Source: Octopus vulgaris (Eukaryota). Taken from it: 64,000 nucleotides of DNA. Below, piece after piece: positions 29,210 to 45,050 of this stretch; positions within the stretch are counted from its first letter, which is position 1; every line of letters begins with the position of its first letter. Below the pieces are notes generated by a model. The model was not told where the DNA came from, did not search any database, and saw only the letters and a list, made by a program, of their open reading frames with translations. The stretch spans positions 44,888,001 to 44,952,000 of the forward strand of contig OX597831.1 in assembly GCA_951406725.2 (NCBI GenBank). Reading direction: 5' to 3'. The position numbers and the translations under genes were made by a program.

Positions 29210-29726
29210 TATAATGCTTTTAACGCAGTTCTCCTGTAAGAGATATTATCTCAGGACAAATACCATAATATCTGACCTGTTGAGTACATATACCGAATTT
29301 TTACATAAAAGTACATATACCGGATTTTTATTCAGCCAAGCAACTATTTGCAACATCAGTGAATGTTTTATTCTTTGTTTTGTAGCTCGCTGAGAGTACG
29401 CGCTATTGAAAAGACCCCATATGTTGAAATGCATCAAGAATTCTCGTTGGCAGCTGTTGGGAAGAATTTTCTTCACCGTTTGATATTTATTGTTTTTTAG
29501 CGCAGTCCATCTATAAAAGATGTTCTCTCGGGACAAATACCGCAGTAACTAGCCTATCAGCAGTGTTTATACTTTAAGTATTATACGTTGATGGCTGTTT
29601 AAATTTAATACTGTTTCAATTGCGTCTACCAGACATGTAGTAGAATTTATTTGCTCGAAACTGAGAATCCATTCTGTCGGTACATCGAGGGTCTTTTTAA
29701 TGTGTGGGATTCTTCAAGTAACAAAC

Positions 29727-29935
29727 ATTGGTTTCAAATGTTGGCACAAGACCAGCAATGTCGGGGTAGGGAGGGGGTAACTCGATTACATCGACCCCAG
29801 TACTCAACTAGTACTTATTTTATCTAACCCGGAAATATGAAAGGCAAAGTCGACCTCGGCGGAATATGAACTCAGAACGTAAAGACAGACGAAATACCGC
29901 GAAGCATTTTGCCCGGCGTGCTAACGATTCTACCA
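29727..29935 (-). mobile_element. Nin-domain SINE
   Basis: Core GAAAGGCAAAGTCGACCTCGGCGGAA. Confidence 0.75.
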
Positions 29936-31913
29936 AAAATTTTAATTGCTAGACATTTCTGCACTTTTATTTATTTTTATCCTGTAAGAGTAAAGGGATG
30001 TCAAAGGCAGTAATGGGAAACCGCTTGAGACTTCTACGGGCCTTCCCAGACTGATGAGACGGTTGTGACTGACGTTAAGTCTGGACATTTGCAGGTCAAT
30101 TTCTGTAAGGAAAACCTCACCGGAAAAAATGCCGAAGGATGCAATTTTTTTAATGTTATTATTGTGGGATCGCCAGGAAAGATCGTCAGAGATCTTGAAC
30201 ATTGGATTATTGTGACTTTAACCCTAGAGGCCCAAGGAAGAAGAGGCAGCTTTTAGTATGTTGTTAATGTGGAATCAACAGGAAAGATCCTCAGAGATTT
30301 AAAACCCTTATGTTGTATCTTTAAGTGTTTTGTCCTGGGGCAAAGGCTAGTCTTTGGAGAAAAATTTCTGCTATGCCATGATAGCGAAATTGCCAGAAAA
30401 GATAGTCAAAAATCTTGAATCTTGGATTATTGTGACCTAAACTGTACTGTCTTGAAGAAGAATGCCAGTCTTGAACTCCTCCAGTGTCCCAAATCGATTG
30501 CTGGTTCGATAGATGAACATTCGTTTCGTCTTCGGCCAACTGAGAAAATACAAAATTTCTGATGGCGACATACCAGCTACTGCAGATCGATCACGTTCCA
30601 TTCTGATTTTGGACAAAACTATATCTCTTAGCTTAAAGATGAATTCAGAACTTGAAAGAAAACTAAAAAGTCTTTAAAACGATATGAAATAGTGATAAAA
30701 TTGCCACTTTTTTAATGTTAAACTAAGAACTTCAAAGATGCTACAGAACTTTTAGATCACCCTGTAAATTGCCTAAAAATATTTTGTCACTTAGCGGAGT
30801 ATGCCCCTTTCAAGGTTCCCGAGATGGAGAAAGGGAAGGAGGAAGGCATCCTCAAACTGGAGACTTGACTAGAAGCTTGTAACAGAGTGGGCTCTACTAA
30901 AGATACCCAAGGGCCTGTGTTAGTCCGGATGACAGATTAAGTCTACCATTCATGTAGATCACAGCGTAAACGTATAAAGCAAAGAGGCGAATCAAATACC
31001 GTAAGGTATCTCATCAATGCTCGTTTTGCTATCAATAGTCCATTGTCCTAGACTGCTACTTTATTTCATGCAAATGGGAAAGATAAAAGGTAATACTGAT
31101 CTCGGTAGGGAATTGAGCTTAGAACGCTAGAACTACGATAAATACTGCATAACATTTCGTCTGACTCTCTAACACTTCTGCCAATTCAACACCTTGAGAG
31201 TGTTGGTAGACATGACAGCAAACAGATCGATAGAGTATCTTGGCGCACATCAACCTGTGGGTCAGAGACAGCCTCTTCAGCTATGATTAATTTCGATGTG
31301 TTATGTTTTCACATGTTGAATAATCAATATGAGAAATAATTTTCTTCAACAATGTTTATCGATAACACAAAGCATTCTTTAGTATACATGATGTACACTT
31401 TGTTGTATGCATGTTAAGTGTTTGAATCAAGAAGTAATGAAAGACGAGAGCTGAAATATCTCGTATAAATTTAGGACATTGGCTCCGGTTACAACAGGAA
31501 TAACCTCTTTGAGAACAATTTGAGTGATGAGAATTATCTTACAAACACAAGCCTGAAGAAACATAGCTTATGGCCACAATAAGAAGACTCCTAGACATCT
31601 AAACACCATAGTTTTATAAGCGTTCTAAAAGATTCTAGAATATTTTACGAAGCCTTTAGAAGCGAAAAGGAAATTTTCTTTTTGTTAATAAACGTCCATC
31701 AAAAACTGGCTTCAATGGACAAGAAAAGACGTCACTAGGTGTTATAAAAAATTTCTGGAATATTGCCAAAATTAACTCTGGTCACCGTTATGAAATATAA
31801 CATAATTGGTAGTGACAATCATTTCCTGTCAATATTATCAAATAAATTAATATTATTCGCCAGCAGTTTTGACTTACCGATTCGAATTTTAGGAAAACTA
31901 TCGATTATAGTAG

Positions 31914-32370
31914 ACAAGCAGTTTAGCCCGGCGTTGCCCGGAATAAAGTTAGGATTACTAAGCTAATCAAGCGCTTTGTTTCAAACCAAACTAAGTTACA
32001 CCGACGTCAAATTTAAGCGAAATCCATTGAAATTGGTAAACGTTTGGCTGAAAATGGGTTGCAGATAATTTGATTGAGAAATCCCATAAGGAATCGGTTT
32101 ATCGATTTTTCCACTCATCGATTGTTTTTTTTTCTTCTTTTTTTGAGAACTTAAAGCATTCAAAGATGCCATGAGTCCTAAGTAACGCCGGCATCAAGTT
32201 TGAACAAAATATGTCAAAACTGGTAAAAGTTATGTTGAAAAAGGGGTGTAGCCAATTTTAGTGGGAAATCCTATAAGGAACCGGTTTATCGATCTTCATC
32301 CTGATTGAATGGAAAACCCCATAAGGTATCAGTTTATTGATTTTTCATTGCTGATTCAAAAAAATCTATA
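31914..32370 (-). mobile_element. Degenerate non-autonomous Helitron (second family)
   Basis: ACAAGCAGTTTAGCCCGGCGTTGCCCGG closely matches the reverse complement of the Helitron 3' end at 715-743. Internal repeat AAATCCCATAAGGAATCGGTTTATCGAT occurs three times. Confidence 0.6.
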
Positions 32371-32630
32371 TTTATACTTTAAAGTTAGTTTCACACCCAA
32401 CCCAGTTCTGCAGAATCAGTGTTAGGATGGGAACGCATGGGTTGGGAGTTTGACCGGTAGAAGTGAACAAGTTGCACATGCCGGCCCTTTCTAACGCACC
32501 CCACCCCCGTCATCTTAACCTTAACCTAAGCCTAAGCTAACCTAGCGAAAGGGGGATAGGGAGCCTCTAAAGGGCAGTGATTAATCTCGATCTAGCCCTA
32601 ACCCCTCCTAGAAGTACTATCAGTCAAGGC

Positions 32631-32815
32631 TGCATCGAAGATATGCATTGGAAAAGGTTGCATCGAAAGTTTGCACTGGATAAGGATGCATGAAGGTTTG
32701 CATTTGAGATCTGCAGTGAAGAAGGTTGACTCAAAGATTTGGATTGGATAAGGTTGCATTAGAGATGTGCATTGGAGAAGGTTGATTCGAAGGTTTGCAG
32801 TGGAGATCTGGTTGG
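32631..32815. repeat. Degenerate ~29-bp minisatellite
   Basis: Recurrent TGCATCGAAG..TTTGCATTGGA.AAGGT units. Confidence 0.6.
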
Positions 32816-33179
32816 AGTAACTTAGGAAAACTTACTAACAGCCTTAACAAAAAATAAGGGGCTTGGCCCTTCTAGCCTAACTTTATGAGAAACTTGGCCA
32901 AGCGCTGATATCGGCCGAGTGAGCATTGTTGTCGGAGAAGTCTGCATTGTCCAATAATGAAGAGGAAGAGTCCATGAGTCATGTTGCTATGGTTTGAGAA
33001 TATGTCCGGCTAATGCTTCCGGATCACCTGTTTATAACCACATAGGATGCAATGATGACTTGTTCTTTCTACATCTATAAAACTTTGCTATAGACAACAT
33101 TGCGTGCTCTGCCCCGAGTAGCATACACAAAAGGAGCGTTTCTACTCCCCACACGGGAGCAGGCCACATAGTTGCCAAT

Positions 33180-34130
33180 ATGAAAAGCTCGGCTTTCCCA
33201 AATGGATGCCTGCCACCGATATTGTTTGTCCTTGGTGACTTCGTGGATTTCTTCCTTCCTGAGCTATCGAACTTTCGGGTGCAGATAAATGGAGTTCTCT
33301 CTGCGGAGACGAATGCATGCAGCGGCGTTCCCCAGGGGTCGGTGCTGGGGCCAATACTTTTCCTTCTCTACATCAACGACCTGCCAGATTTTCTTGATGG
33401 AAGAGTTCTCCTATTTGCAGACGACGTCAAACTTGTTTCGCCTAGGAATCAATACGACATACTCCAGTCGTCGCTGAAATTGAGCATGAAATTGAGCGGA
33501 AGAATGGGATCGGCCCTTGAGCGCCTCAAAATGCAACCATTCGCCAATAGGTTCACCTCCAAACTCTCCCTTAACTATTGGCCACAAACATCAACATCTT
33601 AAGATGGTCACTGAAGAAAAGGATCTTGGCATAATGATCGATACTACTTTCAAACCACCGCGGCAGTGTATCGAGGCGGCGAACAAAGCCAGAAGGAATC
33701 TTTTCCTCATCCATCGATCCTTTGCCAACCTTTCAATGGACGTCTTTCGGCCTATATACGTCACTCTAGTTCGACCCATCCTCGAATATTACATCCACAC
33801 CTCAAACCCATATCTCCAGAAAGACATTCAAGCACCTGGAACGGGTTCAGCACTTGGCCACCCGAATGGGCGCGGGCTTGTCTAAGCTTGCGTAAGAGGA
33901 GCATCTCCAACGGCTGGCATTGCCTTCACTCGAACGACAGAGGATGCAGGGAGATCTCATCCGGCTTTCAAAATCTTCAACGGACATGTAAACTTACCAT
34001 TTGTGGAGATTTTCACCCGTGCGCCGGATAGAGGTCTTCGTGGGCATGATCGCAAACTCTGTCTCCGACACTTTCATTTCAACAGACGGAAGGCCGCATT
34101 CTCCGTCCGTATCGCAGCCCCGTGCATAAT
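33180..34130 (+). mobile_element. CR1-group LINE RT fragment, frameshifted
   Basis: SGVPQGSVLGPILFLLYINDLP, FADDVKL, EKDLGI, YVTLVRPILEY and GLRGHDRKL. Confidence 0.9.
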
Positions 34131-34780
34131 CCAAGCGAATTCTTTGATCCCACAACTCAAGTGCAGAGACACAACTTAAAATTAATATCATGGAAGTTGA
34201 TATACTTGCGGCTATTAATGATTTAGTCTCAAACTCAGCATCTGTACCAGGTAGTATTCCAGTTATATTGCTAAAAAAAGTGCAAAAACCACCTCATGAG
34301 ATCATTAAAGGTACTATTTCAAAAGTCGCCAGATACCGCCATATTCCCAAGACTATTGAAAGAAGCTATAATAAAACCTATATAGGTACAAAGGAGGTAG
34401 CAGTGCTAAAGCTAAAAATTACAGACCTGTTGCCCTCACGTCTTACACATCTAAAATTATCCAACGCCTTGTCCGAAGACAAAAAGTAATAACATACCTG
34501 GAGAAAAACAACTTAGATGACACTCGGTATAGGTTTCGGACTGAACGAAGTTTCCTGTCACAATTCTTACAGCATCATAACACTACCTCTAATAATCTCT
34601 TAAGGGGAAAGATCATTGACTGTTAATACCTTGATATTGTTAAGGCGTTTGACAAGACTGATCATGGAATCATCTGTCATAATTTAAGAAATCTTGGTAT
34701 CACAGGAAAAGTCGGAGTATGCTTCTTTAACTCCATATACGGTAGGGATCAACCTATTACTGCAAATAGAAACTTCTGAG
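34130..34780 (+). mobile_element. Older CR1 LINE fragment related to 56267-57744
   Basis: Remnants of RPVALTS and LDIVKAFDKTDHGIICHNLRNLGITGKVG, matching the 56302 ORF. Confidence 0.75.
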
Positions 34781-35022
34781 AATGATACTTCCTGAAAAGT
34801 TCCGAGGTTGAGAATTCCTGGAAAATTCAGAGGACCTCCTGGAAAGTTCCGAGGACGATTCCATGGAAAGCTCCGAGGATGAAACTTCTTGGAAAATTCC
34901 GAGGACTTCCCGGGAAGTTCCGGTGTTGAGTCTTCCCGGAAATTTCCGAGGATGAGACTTCCTGGAAAGTTCCGAGGATGAGATTCCCTGGGAGGTTCCG
35001 AGGATGAGACTTACTGGAAAAT
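34780..35022. repeat. Minisatellite (TTCCGAGGATGAGACTTCCTGGAAAG-like units)
   Basis: About 9 imperfect units visible. Confidence 0.8.
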
Positions 35023-35190
35023 TCTTTTTTCTACTGAATCAAATCTCAGTAGAATTTATGCCAAAATTTTGCTATGGTTCAGTCCTCTTCAAAAATGTTA
35101 AAAGTTTTCAATTTGGTCAAGAAGTGAATTAGCGACAAGCTCGGGAAAATGGTGCGTGTGAGTAAACCGTAGTTGAATGATTAAAAAGTA

Positions 35191-35411
35191 CAGCAATCCC
35201 TCGACTATCGCGGGTGTTACGTTCCAAACCCGTCTACGTGATAGGTTTAAATCCGAGAAGTAGAAACAGTACTGTATATATTTTTATTATTATTTTTATT
35301 ATTTGTATGTATTTATTTTATTATAAATGCAAAATAACGCCACAGAGCAATCGACGTAAGCTTAAATAATAAACCGCGATAGGTGAACCGCAATATGGCG
35401 AGGGATTATTG
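35191..35411. mobile_element. Tc1/pogo-type MITE
   Basis: TIRs CAGCAATCCCTCG / CGAGGGATTATTG with TA on both sides. Confidence 0.7.
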
Positions 35412-35564
35412 TATATACAGTGATTCTTAGCCAATGTAGAATCAGTAGCGTATACGTACATATATATATATACATACATACATGTATGTACACACATACA
35501 CACATACACACACACTCAATATGGTTGTATGTATTGATTCTATGTTGGTTAAAAATTTACAAAC

Positions 35565-37560
<1,996 letters not shown>

Positions 37561-38827
37561 GTATGTATGTATGTATGTATATGTATGCGTGTGTGTATGT
37601 ATGTATGTATGTGTATGTGTGTATGTATGCGTGTGTGTATGTATGTATGTGTGTATGTGTGTGTATGTATGTATGTATGTATGTATGTGTATGTGTGTGT
37701 ATGAATGTGTGTGTGTATGTATGTATGTACGTACGTATGTATGTATGTGTGTGTGTATGTGTGTAAGTGTGTGTGTATGTATGTATGTACGTATGTGTGT
37801 ATGTATGTATTTTTGCATGCGTGTATGTATGTATGTGCGTGTGTGTACATATGTATGTTTATGTTTGTGTGTGTATGTATGTATCTATGTATGTAGTATG
37901 TATGTATGTGTGTGTGTGTATGTATGTATGTGTGCATGCGTGTGTGTGTGTGTATGTTTGTATGTATATATATGTGTGTGTATATGTGTGTGTGTATATA
38001 TGTATATGTGTGTGTATGTATGTGCGTATGTATGTATGTATGTATGTGTGTGTATGTGTGTGTGTATGTGTGTGTATGTATGTATGTGTATGTGTGTAAG
38101 TTTGTGTGTATGTATGTATGTACGTGTGTGTTTATGTATGTGTGTGTATGTATGTGTGCGTGCGTGTGTGTGTATGTGTGTGTGTATGTATGTATGTATA
38201 TGTATGTTTGTGTATGTATGTATCTATGTATGTATGTGTGTATGTATATGTTTAGATATGTATGTATGTGTGTATGTGTGTGTATGTATATGTATGCGTG
38301 TGTGTATGTATGTGTGTGTGTATGTGTGTAAGTGTGTATGTATGTGTGTGTATGTAAGTGTGTGTGTGTATGTATGTATGTACGGGTGTATGTGTGTAAG
38401 TGTGTGTGTGTATGTGTATGTATGTATGTATATGTACGCGTGTGTGAATGTATGTATGTGTGTATAGTATGTGTGTGTGTATGTATGTATGTATGTGTGC
38501 ATGCGTGTATGTGTGCATGTGTGTGTCTGTATGTATGTATATGTATGTGTGTGTATGTATATATGTGTCTTTGTATGTATGTGTGTATGTATGTGTGTAT
38601 GTGTGTGTGTATGTATATATGTGTCTATGTATGTATGTGTGTATGTATGTGTGTATTCGTGTATGTGTGTATGTGTGTGTATGTATGTATGTATGTATAT
38701 GTATGTGTGTGTATCTGTGTGTATGTGTGTATGTATGCGTATGTGTGTGTATGTGTGTGTATGTATGTTGTGTGTGTGTATGTGTGTATGTGTGTATGTA
38801 TGTATGTATGTATGTATGTATGTATGT

Positions 38828-38858
<31 letters not shown>

Positions 38859-41800
38859 CATGTATGTATGTGTGTGTATGTATGTGTGCGTGCGTGTGTG
38901 TGTCAGTATGTGTGTGTATGTATGTGTGTATGTATATGTATGTAAGGTACATGTGCGAGTGTGCGCTTACGTGCGTGTATCTGTGCGTCCCAGCTAGGTG
39001 TTTATAGGAGTGTGCGTATCTGTATGAGTATTGTCCCTGGTGTGTGTTCACGGGCATGTGTGTGTGTGTGCGCGTGGGGTGGGTGGGTGTTTGGGTGTGT
39101 GTATGGGTGTGGGAGTATGTGTGCGTACATGTGCATGTACGTTGTTTGAGTGTGGTGTGTTGGGAGTAGGTGTGTTCGTGGGTACGTGAGTATGTGTGTA
39201 TGTATGTGACTGCATAAGGACAATTATAAAAATTAAAAACAAAAAAAAATAATAATTAATAAACAAAAAATAAAAGATGCGTGGGGAGAAGTGGAGCGCA
39301 GTCACTAAGAGGAGGGGGCTGTGTTGAGTCCGTGTGGGGTTAGAGTCCGTAGAAGGAATATGAACCGTTGCTCCAAGTGAAGCCTAGATTGGGGAGAGCC
39401 GTTGTGTGGGGCAAGATCAAACACCGAGATGTCATCGTGAGAATGGCTGGCCGAGTGGAAGTGCCGTGCGACGGGAGAATTGGAAAGTAGACGAACATCC
39501 CGCAGATGCTCGGCGAATCGGTCTGACAACCGGCGTCCCGTCTGTCCTATATACAGCATCCTACAGCGGTTGCATTTAATGCAGTATATGAGTCCAGACG
39601 AGGTGCACGTAAAGGAATACCTGATACGTACAGTTCGCCGGTTGGAACCGGTGACAGCAGTGGTGTTGGCGACGAAGGGGCAGGTGTTGCAGCGGGATCT
39701 GGAGCATGGGAAGGATCCGAGTGGGGCCGAGGGGGAAGAAGGGAGGGTGCTACGGACCAGGAGGTCGCGTAGATTCCGGGCTCGTTTGAAGGACAGGGGT
39801 GGGTTGGGAAAAATGGGGTGGGTCGTGGAATCAAGCTGGAGACGACGGAAGGCACGAAGTATCTTCCGACGAAGGGGTAGAGTAGAGGGGTGGAAAAGGA
39901 GGGGAAAGGGGTGCGGTTGGGAGGTGGGTGATTGGAAGGAGAAAGGGCGGTGGTGCGGTCGATGCGACGAGCGCGGACGAGGGCGTTCAAGACCAGGGTA
40001 GGTGGGTATCCTCGAAGCCTGAACAGGCGGGCCAGGTTTTGAGACTGGGTCTCTAAATCCTGGTCGCGGCTGCACAAGCGTCGGGCGCGGAGGAACTGGG
40101 AGTAGGGGATAGCCCGTTTGGTGTGGAAGGGATGGGAGGAGGAGAAGTTGAGATAGAGGTGGGAATCCGTGGGTTTGAAGAAGGCGGAGGTGGTGAGAGA
40201 GTGGGAGGGGTGGTCGATGCTGAGTGAGATATCAAGGAAGTTAACGGAAGTATTGGATATGGTGGAAGTGAATTGTAGAGAGGGGTGGAAGTTAGAGAGG
40301 AAAGAGACGAAGTGGCAGAGTTCTTCGCGGGAAAGGGAGTTGGCGCCTATACAGTCGTCTATGTAACGACCGTATAGTTCTGGGGTCGGCCCGGAGAATT
40401 GGGAGAATACTTGGGCCTCAATGTAGCCAACAAAGAGATTGGCGAAATTGGGACCCATTCTCGTCCCCATCGCAACCCCGGACACCTGTTGGTACGTTTC
40501 CCCGGCGAACGTGAAACAGTTGAGGGTTAGGACGAGCTCTGCCAGGCGTAGGAGGGTGGGGGTGCTAGGGGTGGGGTCGGGGCGACGGTCGAGGAAGTGT
40601 TGGAGAGCTAGGAGACCGTCGTTGTGGGGAATTACTGTATACAGTGATTTGATGTCAAAGGTGAAGAGGTGTGAGGGGCTGGAAGGGAAGGAAAAGGAAT
40701 TGAAGAGACGGAGGGCGTGGTTGGTATCATGTATGTGGGAAGGGGGGGCTTTGACTAAAGGGGACAGGATACGGTCGAGGTATAGGGAAATGTGTTCAGT
40801 GGGGCAATTAGAGGCGGAAACGATGGGGCGGCCAGGGTTATTGGGCTTATGAATTTTGGGAAGGAAATAAATGGTGGAGGTGCGGGGTGTGCGGACGATG
40901 AGGTTGGTGGCGTTGGGGTGGGAGCAGAAGAGGAGATGAGTTCGCGGATAGTGGAGGACACTCGCTGTTGGTAGGAAGAGGTGGGATCAGAGGGGAGGAG
41001 GCGATAGAAGAGGGAATTTTGAAGCTGGCTGAGCGCTTCCTCCTGTAGAGATCCGCGCGCCACACCACCACTGCTCCGCCTTTGTCCGCCGGTTTGATGA
41101 CAATGTCATTGCGGCGACGGAGGTGGCGAAGGGCAACCAATTCAGCCTGTGTGAGGTTGTCTCGGAGAGGTCTTTTTAAAAATTGAACCGGTTTACCAAC
41201 GCGTTGCAGTCGTTCACAAACGGGTCTAGGCTACTGAATTGGCCCGGGGGCGGCGTCCAGTTGGATGGGCGGCGCCCCAGCTCCAAAAAGCAATCCTGAT
41301 TGTCGTGACGCTGCGGAGACGCGTGGTAGAAGGCGCAAAGTTTGAGGCGGCGCAGGAACTGGTTGACGTCCGTCCGAGTCTCGATATCGTCACAGTGGCG
41401 CGTGAGAGGCGTGAAGCGGAGTCCCTTACTGAGGAGAGAGCGCTCGGCTGCGGAGAGGGGGAGATTGGGGGGTATAGTGACAACAGTGCGAGGAAGCGGG
41501 CTGGTGGGATGAGTGGGGTCGGGAAGAGGGGGTGCAGATGTTTGGGGAGGAGAGTGGGGGTGGTTAGGTGAAGTGGGGGTAGGCGTAGAAAGGTCAGGTT
41601 GGGGGTGTGTTGGTGCGTGGAGGGGGAAGGGGGAGGGGTGGAGAGAGTCGGGGGAGCTGGAGGATGTGGAGGAGAGGGGAAGGAGGGAAGGAGGTGAAGG
41701 GTTGAGGAGGTGGTGGAGTTTTTTGTTTTTTGTGTGTGTGAGGAAATTATGAAGCTGGTGGTTGAGATTAAGAATGAAGCGGAGAATAGGTTGGGTGATG

Positions 41801-42458
41801 AGTGGAGGGCAGAGGGAGGAGAGAAGAAGGTAAGCTTGGGGAAGTAGGTGGTCAAAGGAGTGGAGGAGAGAGCGGGTGGAACGGATGGTAGCACGGATGA
41901 GGAGGCGGGAAGTGCGGGCGGGGGTGAGTTCGATGAAGGGGGAGGAATAGGGGGTGGTGTGGAATTTCAAGAGGAAGCCACGGGGTGTGACGTGATAGCG
42001 GAGGCAACGGCTGAGGAAGGAGAGATGGCTAGAGTGGCGAGTTTTTTTAAAAAGTAAGTGAGAGAGTTTTTTTGCGGGTTGTAAACATTGGGGGGGGGGG
42101 GGAGCGAGAAAGCGGCTAAGAAGGGATTGAAGGTGTTGGACGAACGAGTGCAAGTCAGGCATGTTGGGAAGTGGTGAATGTGTATGTAGGTGTAAGTGGT
42201 GGTAACACAAGTGGAAGAATGGAGGTGGAAGAAGAAAGGTAAATAAGGAAAAAGGAAAAGTACAGGGAGATATGTTCAGGAAAAAAGTTCAGGAGAAAGT
42301 TAAATAAGAGTCACGGACAGATTTTTTTGATTTCCAATCACGAGTTCAGTGGCGTACTCCGGAAGGATGGTAACAGTAATCCGTAGGTGTAAAAATCCAG
42401 GAATTGGTATCCAAGGCGCTCGGTATCCGTGTGAGCGTGCAGTATATAAAGTTAATCC

Positions 42459-44466
<2,008 letters not shown>

Positions 44467-44747
44467 CTACATATATGTATATATGTGTATATATACGCAT
44501 ATATATTTTATTATATATATATATATATATATATGCGCACACAGGCATACATACAAGAACACCTATAACCGGCTATATGAAATTACAATTACGATTCAAA
44601 ATCAATTTACTATAAATGTCGAAAAAAAACTTAAATCAAGAATGAGTATTAGTAGAAGGAAAACAACCTGTATACCCAGGGTAAATTAATTAAGGGTAAC
44701 AAATAATAATAAATTTAAATAAATTAAAAAGACATGTCCGTTTAAAA

Positions 44748-45050
44748 CAGTGTTTCCCAAACATTTTCGGGCTTCCACCCCCTTGACACCCACGCCACAT
44801 TCCTTGCCCCCCACCCCAACTAACCATCTCAAGCCTAGACCTCTCTCTATAGCAAATTCAAAGCCACTGTATTTAACGAATAAAACGTAACCTAACGAGC
44901 CCATTATTTTGTTGTTTTTACATGAATTATCACCCCAATTTTTACATGAATCGCTACCCCATCATCGCCCCACTTTTCTTCAACGCCCCCTTGGAACTTT
45001 CCACTGCCCCCAGGGGTAGGGGGCAATACTTCCCACTTTGAGAATCACTG
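44748..45050. mobile_element. hAT-type MITE
   Basis: TIRs CAGTGTTTCCCAAA / TTTGAGAATCACTG. 8-bp TSD GTTTAAAA / GTTTAGAA. Confidence 0.8.

Noticed and set aside
30480-30766. Possible Tc1/mariner remnant (DET.VHLS motif; GATCACCCTGTA end)
   Set aside because: Too degenerate, and only one possible terminus, so not listed as a feature.
32513-32546. Telomere-like CTTAAC/CCTAA repeats
   Set aside because: Only a few imperfect units. Such motifs are common inside transposons.
34780-35022. CRISPR-like short repeats (also 32631-32815 and the 62-64 kb array)
   Set aside because: No unique spacers and no cas genes. These are eukaryotic minisatellites or satellite DNA.
39480-41752. Plus-strand ORFs overlapping the Neptune element
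   Set aside because: Antisense shadows of a GC-rich coding strand with no recognisable motifs.
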